Assembly (NCBI GenBank): GCA_903813345.2 | Contig: CAIIXF020000001.1 | Span: forward strand, 47,244,001-47,308,000 | DNA from: Owenia fusiformis | Lineage: Eukaryota | Direction: 5' to 3' | Length of the DNA stretch: 64,000 bases | In this document: positions 1 through 12,900 of the stretch, in pieces | How the letters are laid out: every line of letters begins with the position of its first letter | Position numbering within the stretch: position 1 is the stretch's first letter | Made by a program: the position numbers and the translations under genes | The notes under the pieces: model-generated | Told to the model about the DNA's origin: nothing | Database searches by the model: none | The model's input: only the letters and a program-made list of their open reading frames with translations

Positions 1-999
1 TGTGTTCTACAATGCTTCTATCTAAAATCCGTCAACATGATTTTTCAACAGACAATGAAACGATAACAGCTAATGAGTGAGTTTTCTATTTGGTGGTGTA
101 TGTTTACATTTTATACACATGCAAGAAAATTGCAAGTTGTTGGTTCCATATCGATATATGTTTAAATATGTCTCCAGTGTATTGCATTTATTTCCTTTGG
201 TGTTCTTGTACTTTTGCAGACGATGTAGGTGAGGTACATATACACTAGGAATACTCAGAACATCAGTGTAGTAGGGGCAAGATTAATTCACCAAACAAGC
301 TTTATTAGCTAGATAAATATTTAATTGGCGAAAATCCTATGCTCCAAAGAGCACGAAATATTGCAGGCACCAATCTAAGACGTATACAGTATGTGATGCG
401 TTCGCAATATTTAGAAACAAACGTGATTTTTAAGGATTTACAGGCTCAATTAAATGTATATTTTAATCATATTAAATAAATAAAATTGAACAATTTCTTC
501 GATACTATTGATTAATACTTAACAGGTAGTGAAATGACCGATATAAAACACCACAAAATATCCATTAACATAGATAAAATAACGCTCAAAGATGAACTAG
601 ATTTGCGATTTGATTTGCGACAGGGTAAACGTCGTCGCAAATTTTTGTTTAGTTGCGATCAGAAAATCTATAACTTTGCGTCAGACTTGCGATGCGATGG
701 AATGATAATAACATTTTTGGGAAATAGTTGCGTTGCGATGTCTTGCGATGCGATTCGCATGCGATTTTGCGTTGCGACCAGATGATAATGAGGCCTCTGA
801 ATAGGCATACATGCATTATCATATTAGTATATTCGATAAAATACTTATTTTATATGGATTACTTGCAGTGAAACTGATGTTCTGTTCATCTCTTCTACAA
901 AGAATGCCTTTTAATACTCAGAAGTAAAAAAGTATTTTTTGTAGAGACGATATCTCTGTATATGTTTCACATGTATTTTATGTAGTTATGTAATAACAG

Positions 1000-3900
1000 G
1001 TACAACAGACCCATGTTGATGATGAATTGGTTGCAACAGCTATTGCCAATAAACTAGGTGACACCCCTGGAGTGTCTTATTCTGAGATTGCCAACAAAGC
1101 TATTGAATGTGGACGCACTGAGCTTGCAATAAGGGTAACCTTTTTTGATCATAAAGCATGCATGTTGTTAAATGCAATTTGTCAATTTTGTATTTGACAT
1201 TTAAAAATATTTAGATTAATTTCTACACTTCAAGTGGTTCATTGAGTAATCAAACTTGAGAGATATACTTGGGTGGTGTGGCAAACACAAAGACCAGTGA
1301 TGTCAATAAATGTAATTTATGATTGATATTGATGTTAGAAATGCCAACTAGATGAGTGCAACTGTCAGTATGCCCAATTGAATGATCAAGCTCACCTGTG
1401 ATATTTATTGTACAGTTCTCTAATCTATTTAGTTTTGACTCAAACTTTGAAATAAATGTTACTGTAAAGACTCTTAAATTCATAATGTCACTGTCTCTTT
1501 TTTAAGTTAGTATGCTATATGGGTAATACTCCATTTCTATTTGCAGCTGTTAGACTTTGAACCAAAGGCTGCCGAACAGGTCCCACTACTTATGAAGATG
1601 AAACGTGACACTAATGCCCTCTATAAGTCAATTGAGAGTGGAGACACAGACCTCAGTAAGTAATGTGTATTCTAGATAGATGATTGAAAACATATAATTG
1701 ATTAATTAATGTTTGTTTGTTTGCTTGTTTGTTTGTTTTGGGAGCTCATTGCTTTGTTTCTAATCATTATTTCTCATATTTAAAACATGTAATACCTGAT
1801 ATAAAATTAATGTTAAAAATATTTGTATATTTTTATCATCATGATAAACCATGACATCTCATTTTCTTCTCAGCCCTGAGATGTTTCAGGTGAAACAGAA
1901 AGCTGCTATGAGTATCAGAATGTATGTTTATGGACATAGGGAATTATCAAATTTGTCAAGATATCACATTTCAGTTACTAAAATTTATTCCATCATAAAG
2001 CAAACAAAATGAATCAATGCAAGTCATTAGTAGTTTTACAACCATGTTTATTGCTATCAAACGTGTATTTAATGTTTATAATACTGTGCTATATAATTGC
2101 AGTGTACACAGTGATCTTACACTTGAAAGAGATAATGCCATTAGGGGACTTCTTGATGACAATACGGACCCATCCAATAGCTCATGCTCTCTATCTGCAG
2201 GTGAGATGATCTGATGATTTTAAATTATACATTACAACCAATCGAAATGACTGAACAAAAAGGATCCAGTCTGATACTTTTTATCATACGTATTAAAGGA
2301 TATTGTTATGTGATATTGTAGTCATTTTGGCTGACAGCCAATGGCTTACTTTTCTATCTGTATTTACACACATTTCTGCTTTGATTGATTTGAACTTTTC
2401 AAGGATGTTTCTTTGTCTGGAGATCTAAAATTGATTTGTTGTTGGCATGCTTTTAAAATTAATGATGACCATTTTTCACTTTTAGGTTTGACATTGTGCC
2501 TTGTTATTCCCAGAGGAACATATTCTTTCTCATGAAATTGTTCAACTTCTACAAACCAGTATATCTGGCATTTAAACTATGTTCAAATGACCATGCTAAG
2601 CAAGAATAAAGTCGGTCATCATCGTAACATTTTTGGAATTTTTTCAATGGCCTGATTGATAATGATAGTTATTAGTCATTAACACATTTTCTCAGTGTGC
2701 TTTAAATAAATCAGAACTTGAGGGAAATAGGTTTCCCCATTTGTTTGTTTGTCTGTTTTCCATTTGTCTCACTGTAAGTTTGTCTACAGTACAGTTTTCA
2801 GACAATGAAAACTGCCCATAACAATTTCAGTGGGTTTCATAGCAGTAATTTACATTTAGGCTCCTACTTTTGCCCTGTTTTAAGGAAATTGGCATTTTGT
2901 TGTCATCATTTCACATTTTTTTACCCAAAAATCTTTTACAGGTTTACAGTTTTCTGGTGCTCTATTTTTGGAGAGTTGGGCATTTTTGGAGGTAACTATT
3001 TGTATAGCAGTAATTTACATTTAGGCTCCTACTTTTGCCCTGTTTTAAGGAAATTGGCATTTTATTGTCATCATTTCACCTTTTTTTACCCAAAAATCTT
3101 TTACAGGTTTACAGTTTTCTAGTGCTCTATTTTTGGAGAGTTGGGCATTTTTGGAGGTAACTATTTGTGTGTCAACTGGAGATGGCCCAAATTATGAAGT
3201 CAGTTAGAATGGATGAATGGCTGAATGATATGATGAACAGGGATAATTGTACCTGTTGTTTGAAGTTTGATACTCCCTAGGTTTCATATATGTACAGTTC
3301 ACAGTGAAACCTAAATATGTGTGCTTGCAACGAGTCCATCTCCACAGTTTTGATCAAGTGGAAATCAAATTATCAATTAAAATGTCATGTATTATCGGTG
3401 TTAGTTGGTGTGGTGAAGTGTAATTTTAAGTGGGCTTTATTGATCTTAATCACAGTTTTTAAATGTTTAAGATATTAAATTAATGGTCTTGTATATGATG
3501 CTAATATCTACATGTACTGTATTGAATGCATGGTGGTCTCAACTACATTCCACATATGCTATAGTCCTTCATCTCCAGATGATGGTATTATGTACTATCA
3601 CTTTCCCTGTAAAACATATTTTTCTGTTCTGTTATTAGGGGACTGATGGTTGTGACTCTTGTTGCATTGAATTTCCTTTATTGTTTCTCTTAACTTGTTT
3701 GTGTTGCCATAATAGACCCACAAGAGCCAATTTCTGTGTCCAGCTTTGGGATTGTGTTATAGTACAAAGTTATAGTGTTACCAGATTCTCTAGAATATAT
3801 ATACAATAGTTTGTCACACATGTCATCTCCTGGCAAGTCATTTTATTTGTTTTCATTTGACAATATTCTTAGTACAATTTGTTAATTGCACATTCGTTAA

Positions 3901-6900
3901 TCATAATTTACAAGTTCTGAGTAAAAGGTATGGATTCCTAAGGTAGGATGCTGTTCTAAAAGGGGTATATATCTAACAGCTAGATCTTTTTTGCAAATAA
4001 ATTCAATGGAAAATAGTTAAATTAATTGATCGCCACCTAAATGCTTAATAAAATATATATATTCACGAAAAGAATGACTTTCATTAAGTATATGATATAT
4101 TGTAGTAAAATATGTCTTAAGTTAGCAACATCTTCAATGACATTCGGAACATACTCCAAAGTTACTCACTGTTCACAGTTTTTTGGGCATTAAAAGCATC
4201 TATAGCATCTTTCTCTGTATTTTATGTTAATTCCTCTTCCAGCTAAACTTGACATTTATGGAGTTAACTAGATAACATAAATGTCTGTCAAAATAATTTA
4301 CATGAAAATATAACCAGTTAGTATGTATTTTTTGTTTATCAACACAATTACTTTTTATAGCAAATGGTTTATAAAGATTTTGTGAGATATGAAAAGAATC
4401 ACCTTCACAGGATTTTTGGAAATGGAAATTCACAAGAAGCTGATCTCACTGAATTTACATTAACATGGATTATCCACATGTTCAAATTTTTGCAAATACA
4501 GGAGGACACACATAATATCTAAGTTGAAATTGTAGATACATGTGCTTATATAAGCTCATATAGAATTCACAAATACTGGAGGTGATTCTTAGAATAACTA
4601 GTAGCTGTTTAGACTTTCTACGATACAATTTTTCACATATTCAGCTATGTTAGAATACATGGACTATTTCTACATTGCTCTACTCTTAGCTTCGTATTCT
4701 TTGTTCCTCCTCTTATTATATAGTCTCCTGCATACGTGCAATATCGCCATAGAGTTAGCCACCCATCTTCTCCAAAATGCTATAGATGCAGCTCTAAGGG
4801 AAATAAAAATGGAATCAAAGTTCCTGAAAATGAAGGCATTGAAACCTAGCCTAATAAATAAAATGAACATGGAAACTGTTTAGTTCATAATTTTTTTTGA
4901 AATATACGTATACTCAGCTGTGCTCCATTCATTAAGATTGAAAACAGAAATGGAATAGAACTTACTGAATATGAACTCAAACTGTCAAAATAAAAATGAA
5001 AATAGAAAAGAAGTTCTACATACAAGCAATGGAAACAAGAATATATTGAATATACTGAATATGAACTCTCCTGATATTGTGAAATATGTGTACATGTAAA
5101 TGTCAAACTGTGCATGTAAATATGGGATTTTCTCCTCCATATAAGATGATGTTCTCGCCACAGTAGGTACATGTACTTGTATGTATTGCAATTTTCAGAT
5201 TAAACAGAAAAGTAGATAAAATGTAATGAACATCTTTTTCCTCTGAATTCATGAACACTCAATAACCCTTTTAGATTAGTTGCATATCCTGCTGTTTGTG
5301 CCAACTGTGAATAGATGTGCTTTTTATTTCAAATGACTTTGATACATACTGAACTGAAATCAAAATGAAGTTTGTTCAGAATCAAAGTTTTTACCATTAG
5401 GACCCGGCCAATGTTTTGATTGTTGTCTAAAGTGTTAACTGTTTCTCTCCATTACTTGTAATTGTTTAATTACTGTGAGCTCAACATGCAACTAGAAATT
5501 GATTTTCATCATTTGATATTCAGAGTTTAGTCAAATGATTTAGGTGTTGTCGCATTGGATTGACAATAAAATGAGTTTTATTTCATAAAGTCAATCCATA
5601 TTTACGTCATGTATGATAATTTAAATCATTTTGTGCTACTGGGTGGGCCGGAAGATGGCTTCATCCTATGTAGCAACATTATAACTTTGCAGGGATTATA
5701 ATCCCGGGATTACAATTTTATTTTGTTGATGTTCCAATGACTAAACATTGAAACAATTGTGTCATTTAAATATACACTTGAATAAGAGCATTTAGCAACT
5801 TACAAGGTATTGCACCCAGTTAATGGATGTTATTTTCTTGGTTAATTTTAGTCTCCTTTGTGTTTTTTATTAACCAATCTTATTCAATGATTTTTATTTT
5901 AGTTTTGTCGAGAAGAAAATAAGGAAATGCTGAGAGAACTCTACTATCAGGAGGACAACTTCCAACAAGAGGCTAACTGTCGTGTAGTGGAGAGTTATGG
6001 TGAAGAGGTATGTATGTCTTAGAGGCAAAACAATTTTGGGATCCATTGGCCCATTTTCTGAAAGAACACCTCCCCTTTGAATACTATCATATAGCCTCAA
6101 GGGTAATAGAGAGCTATATTGAAGAAGTACTTTATAAAATGATCCAGCCTTGAATTCACCCGTCTTAGAAACAAGGCCTTTTTCTCAAAAGAAATTCAGA
6201 TTTTTTTTCCATATTTCACTGATTTTGAAGGTTGTGCTTCATTTATAGGGCTGCCCTATTTTTGAACACTGGCTTCACCCCTGTCTGGCATTGCCTTTTC
6301 ACTTATGACACGTCTTTGTAAAAATGTCATTTGAATTGTCAAGTTTTGATTGAGACGTTGACTAAACTGGTATGTCTAGAACTCGAGCCAATCTTACATG
6401 TTAACACGAATGTGATAATTATGGTACATCTTGTTGGACTTACCTACTCTACTTTCTGCCAGTAAAATATGTTGGATAAATTAACATACAAATTTTCGTA
6501 CATGTACTCCTTTTAACCTATTGGTACTCTTTGATGTAATTTCAACAAAAATAAGGAAAGGGATTGTGTCAATATGCCAACAATCGTGGAAAAATGAAAT
6601 AATTTCATTATGGTTTACCTCCTTTCCCTCTTCCCCTTATAACAACATTTTATATGCTGATTTGCCTTCCACTTGATTTTTCCAAAAATTCTTCACTAAT
6701 TACATCATCAATAACCCTCTCCCCTTCATGAACTACAACCATTGACATTTGGGCATCATCCCCATTGAAGGCCCTTTCACATTAATTGCCTTTTTCACGT
6801 CCTCTTCTGGGAACATATTTAAACCTCAGGATTCCTTTTAGAATTTATGGCTTTTCTTTCATTTTGACATGGCTTCTTACAAGTATTGCCATTTGAAGAG

Positions 6901-9900
6901 TAAAGTACAGCATTAAGTTCAATGGTTCACAAACTCATGCTAAACAGATAATTAACTTGTATGACACTAAAGATCCTATTAAACAGTTTGTCCTTAGAGA
7001 TAATTCTCATAAGGCATCTCATATTAATATTCTAAAAAACATTACTCCAAACTGGAGAACAGGCACGTAGATTAATAATAAAAATTTATTATATGTAACT
7101 ACACCAATGATTTTTTAAAACAGAAAATTGAGAAATATAATATGTTTACAATAAGTGTGTTTGTACAATAAAATGATCATAGATACATGCATGATACAAC
7201 TAAATATACAGAGGGTTTGAATGTTTTACATCTGATTCAATGATAACAGTAATAGCCTACCACATGATACCCTTGATCATTATTTGCTAAGTACACCAGC
7301 CTCTAACTATTACAGATGATTTTATAGTTTTGATGCTGACAAATGTAGTTTTGATTGTAATTGTCTAAATGCACACTCTGATTGGACACAGGCAAGATCA
7401 AAGAGTCATGATCTATTTTAAAGAGTGAGTTGAAGTTAATCTCTTTCAAAGGATAGCTATGTTATCCTGACACAATTATTACAATTACAATAATTGTGAA
7501 GTTTTAGTTTAGTATGTCAGGCACTTTAGACATTAAAATATACAGATAAGGTATCCCATTGCTAAATATATCTAAATTGCCTCATCGCATGAAAGTATTA
7601 CACAATACATACCTTGGTAACTTGGTGTTCTGGCTAGGCCTCCGAATTATGTTCCATTATTGCTCAATCATATAGTATTTATATATATCTTGATGGGTTT
7701 GTTTGCATGATGTACAATGTTAAATGTATATGTGATGGCTTATTTACAAAAGAACAATTTTGAACTCTTTGAAATTCAATATTCTCAATTATTGAAAATG
7801 TCCTTTTATTTTTGACATTTATAAGGATTTCCTTTATGATTTTAATAACCACAAATTAACAAGACTAACTTCAAGTCTGTGCAATGATTAACTGGTACAA
7901 AAAAGCCAATTTCTACTTTTTGTTGTAAATTGTAAAAAAGTTTGGTGTAGTTTGAACTATGTACAGCTGCAGATTTGATAATTACATATTTCAACACTTT
8001 CTCTTTTTGTAGTTGTACTTTTTCCAAAATCAAAGTTAAGTGGACACCTGATATTTTTGTTCAGTGTCCTTCTTGCAAAATCCTATTATAGTGGAATTTC
8101 ACAGATATAACCAAATGTTGATTTACATTTGTAATCATGCCATTTTGCCTCCCAAGGTTTTGAATAAAGCACAACGCATAACTCAGAAAACCTATGATCT
8201 TTGGGCTGTTTCCTTCCCCAGTGGACGAATTCCCCTAGGGGCACAGAGGGTCCATCAGTTTTCTTCCACAAAAACCTGTCTTGGAGATTGTGCAGAGCTG
8301 TCCAGTATATCCCCTCCTGTCTATTTTTCTTAAGCTTTCTCACCAGCCACTGCTGTTCATTTAGGGAATCAACTTGAACAAGATTTGCTTTCATCTCGTG
8401 GCATCGCTGTACAGCCCCACACCATTGCACTTTCTCAGAGTAAACGAACCTATAGCAGGAGCCATTGTAGTATATGAACTCTGGTGGGCAAGAATATGTC
8501 GGTTCAGGAGCCAAGCATCTGCTTCCTACATTAAACTTGATTTTCTGGAAATACAATTAAAATGTTTGTTTCAGTAAAAGAGGCTCTATGCCATAGGATA
8601 GCACAATCAAGACCCATCTGAACTTTTTTGCATATTGAGTTTCACCACATATTCACCCATCTACTTACCATAATCCCCTTCTTTCAGTGTAAATTTTGCG
8701 ATTGTGCTGGCCGATCTAATTATTTTCAGAAATTAATTCAATCTGAAGTTTGAATATACCAGTAAAGTCCTCCTATTATCTGATTGATCGTTGAATTTGT
8801 TTATCATGAACCTGATTGGCTGCCTGGTTCAAGGCGCTTGTGTAACTCAATGGGGATTCCCCTCGCTAGCCGAGGAATCGATTGTGTTTAATTCTGGAGG
8901 TTGGTTGTTCTGTTGATTATTTCAATATTTCGGCAATAATATACCCAAAAGTTATTCTCAAGATATGTTCATGTTATGTGAGATATTATATGAGCAATAA
9001 CAATAGGACATCATTGATTGTCTGGGGGAGAAACCTATGGTATAATGCATCTTTAATTAAAGTTAGGCTTGTAGGCAATTTGTCTAATTCAGATATCTGT
9101 TAGATGTCTACCCCATAAAGTGGATATATTTCAAAGAAGATTGCCCGTGATTTTAACTGTAATTATGAGAGATATCAGTAAATGGTTCACTTTCATATTG
9201 AATATGTCACTGCATATCATTTCAACAAGTAAATATTTGAATATTTGAAATACAAAAACTTTTTTTTTAAATTCTCAAAGATCTCTAAAGTAACTTTTAA
9301 AGTCATGACAAATAGTAAATGCATGTTAAAGACATATTTTCAAACTTTACACAGGGCCTTTAAGAATAATTAAGCTCTTGAGGAATTTAGCTGCAAAAGG
9401 TTTATATATCAGTTTCTATAATTTTGTATGTAGATCCAGGATCCAGAATTCTTACTGATTATTTAATTAATGAACTAATTGAATTGTCAGTAACTAATCG
9501 GTTAGATTCAGTGCCTGAAGAATTTATCTCCAAGAGCTATTTTCTTTGTTTGTAGATCCCGAATTCCTCCTGCTAAATCAATTAGTTAATTAATGAATTA
9601 AATAAATGAGCCAGTTCATGATTCAATTCCTTATATTTTGGAATATTTTCACAGAATGAATAGATATACATGATGATATCATAGAGGATTATTCCAGTTG
9701 AGTTCAAAATGCCAAGTATAAGTAAGATATGATATATTATACAATGACCTTGCCTCTTTACTTTCAGAACAATATGATTTGCAAGGGATATAGCAACTTT
9801 GTGTATTTTTTTTTTAGTATATGATATTGTACGGTTGGAAGAAAATGATGACACTATAAAAAGATGACACTACAAAAGGATGACACTAGATTGAACTTTG

Positions 9901-12900
9901 CACACTCTTTGTTATGATGTGTTTGTTTACATCTAAAGGTCACTTGTACCTATTAAACCCCCAATGAATATCATGTGTATCAGGACTATTCCACTATCCT
10001 GTACATAAAATATCAAGTTTGGCCAGAATTGCCCCACTTGCCTGTTAATAAGGTATAAAGTTTTGTCATGGAATTGTTTTGAAACATGCTTTATTTTAAT
10101 TCTTTTTAAATTATATTTGACCTTAGAAGCCAGCTTTGTGTTTTATAAAAAAATAAATTCAAATCCAATATTAGTTTTCATATATTATTTGGAAGAACAT
10201 ACTTAAAGGTGGTCTCATTGAAGACACTAAAAGGTAAATATGAGGAAATATTACTGCATGCTTGTGCAATTTGTTGAGGCCCATTTGTTGTTACAGGAAA
10301 GATATGCATCTGAGTGTCAATGGATTTTCCCTTCCTGATAAATGTTGATGGTCTTTTAAACACGCTTCAGCAAATATTCAATAATTACGTAGAAAAAGTG
10401 ATGAGTTGTATTTTAGATTCATTTCACAATGAAACAGTTCCGTTAGTTTATTTGTATTCTGTCTTTTTCATTGCTTTATTTAACTATCTGTTTTATCTAT
10501 TTGCAAGGTTGACTCAAAAGACGAATCTTCTTAAGTAGTTTATTGCATGTGATGACACCTTTAAACTATTTAATCGTACAATCTAAGAGCTTTATAATTT
10601 TTGGGGAATGACCACACTTGACTTAATTTACATAATCGTTTGTAAGTTGAATTAATTCATCAGTTCTTGAATATTTTCATCATGAAAAGCATGTCTCAAG
10701 AAAGGTCTGCATATGAATCTTGCTTTTAGAACAACAACAAATTATATATAAACAAAATAAAAAAAAAATAGATCTAATATAAAAGGTTTATTTATATGAG
10801 ATACAGTACTTCAAAAAGAGGATCTGTTCGGACCATTCTACTTATGATGTAATAGGAGACATGAGGCAATTCTGCAAATTCACAAAGTCTGACAAGATAT
10901 ATTTGGAAACTCCATTGGCCTACATACGGGAAACACATTTTGCTATCCTATCAAATGAAGTTTGCATGGATATAGAGAAGCCATCTGTCCATTCGTTTGT
11001 TTGTCCGAGGGATTACAAAATACCAGTTGATTTTGATTCATTTTGATTCAATTTTATAGGCTTATGTCTAAAGGAGCTCTGTCAAAAAGGAATTTCAATA
11101 TGGCTGCGCAATTCAAAATGGTCGTCATTTTTTGTAAAATTGTAACTTTTATTATTTTATAATTGTAACTCAAATACTAGAATAGTTAATTTGGTTCCAA
11201 TTTTATATGCTGATGCCCCGGGACGATGGGGCTCTGCTCAATAAGAGTTTTTCAAGATGGCCATTTAGTTTCAAAATGGCCACCATTTTCATAAAAAATG
11301 TTATCTTTGATATCTTAAATACTAGTGGATAGATTAGATTCACATTTTATATACTGAAGCCTACATGGCCTAGGGACGCAGGAGCTCCGCTGGAGAAGAA
11401 ATATGGCAGCTGAATCTTAAAAGGGCCACCATTTTTCATAGAAGAAAGTAATTATTGATTATTTAATACAATGGCCACCATTTTTCAAAAATGAATATAA
11501 TACTTGATTACTAAGTACAAGTTGATTTGGTTAAAATTTTATACACTGATGCTGAGGACAAAGGACCTCTGCTCAAGAAAAATTTGTTTAAGATGGCAGC
11601 TGAATTTCAAAATGGCTTTTGATAATGACAGTTTGGAATTCCATAGACTTGCAGGTAGACTGAAATCTAGTAAATCTAGTAAATCTCGTAAATCTAGTAA
11701 ATCTAGTAAATCTAGTAAAATCTTGTAAAATCTTGTAAACTTTTTAGGGATCATTCATTTAAGGAATAAATAATGATAGGCCATTCAATATGGTGAAATT
11801 CAGCACGAGTTGGACAGAATGTTGTACAAAGCACGAACCGAAGGTGAGTGCATTTGTACTAACATTCTGTCCAACGAGTGCTGAATTTCACCATATTGAA
11901 TGGCCTATCATTATTTATTCCGATTCAAACATAAAAATTAGTAAAAGCCGTGTCTGTGGAACGGGCATGAAGGAAGAATACGAACAGCTATCCCCGGACA
12001 GAGCCCCAGATGTGCAGCTGAGATGTGACGTCACTCAAAACAATGCAAATTGCAGATTGAATAGAGCATGGTCGTGCATCTATGGAGAATTAGAGAACGT
12101 TCTATATTGGCTATGCTGCATTCTGATTGGTTGAGAAATTCGAATAGAGCACGGTCATGTTTGAATTGATATCAATGTCAGTCTCTATGAAAAGTATTGG
12201 TGATTATGATTCCTTTTACAGCATTATTATCCCAACGAACGGGAAGCTAACTCGAATACTACGAATCCGATTCTCTCTATATTTGGTGGAAAGATGTATA
12301 ATGGTAATACTTTTTATGGACTTTTCATCAAGAAGGTCTCCGTTTTAAAAATGGTGGACATTTTTCGTGGAAATCTAAGTTATACATTCTCAACCAAAGT
12401 AATAAACATTACTGTTAGCAATTTCAGCAGTATTCTCACAACATACATGTATACCTATTGATATATTATTGAGCCTGACTGCCATGAGCCATGAATGGGG
12501 AGGGGGTAGGCATTCTTTTTAATTTTGAGATCATTCTAAAGTATACTCAAATAAAAGGGAATTTAAAGTAGATTACAAATATCATAAAAAATTTCTGATT
12601 CGACCCTTGGAAAATTCTTGGAAAAGTGGCCGCCAAGTGTGTTATTTGGCAATAATTTTATGACCAAGGAATTTTATACCTGGCAAACTCATTTCCACAA
12701 AACATGATTGTAAATACCGTATTCGTCTGATTAAGCGCACATAGTTCTAATAAGTGCACATTCATACTGGTATACATGTGCATACAGTTTAAGGGACTGA
12801 TATGATATGGCTTTAAACTATTAATTACAAGGAATATAAGGAACATATCATCATCAAAACGTAAATGGAAAGCATTGTAGAAATGCCATACTATACTTTA

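Noticed and set aside
575..795. 83-aa ORF and TTGCGA-rich tract
   Set aside because: It looks like the subterminal repeat array of a truncated transposon end; no partner TIR or protein similarity was recognised.
6615..6880. Purine-rich minus-strand coding-like stretch
   Set aside because: It has multiple stops and no recognisable family.
11504..11754. SKSSKS / LLDLLD repeat ORFs
   Set aside because: They are translations of the 9-bp tandem array in a transposon TIR.
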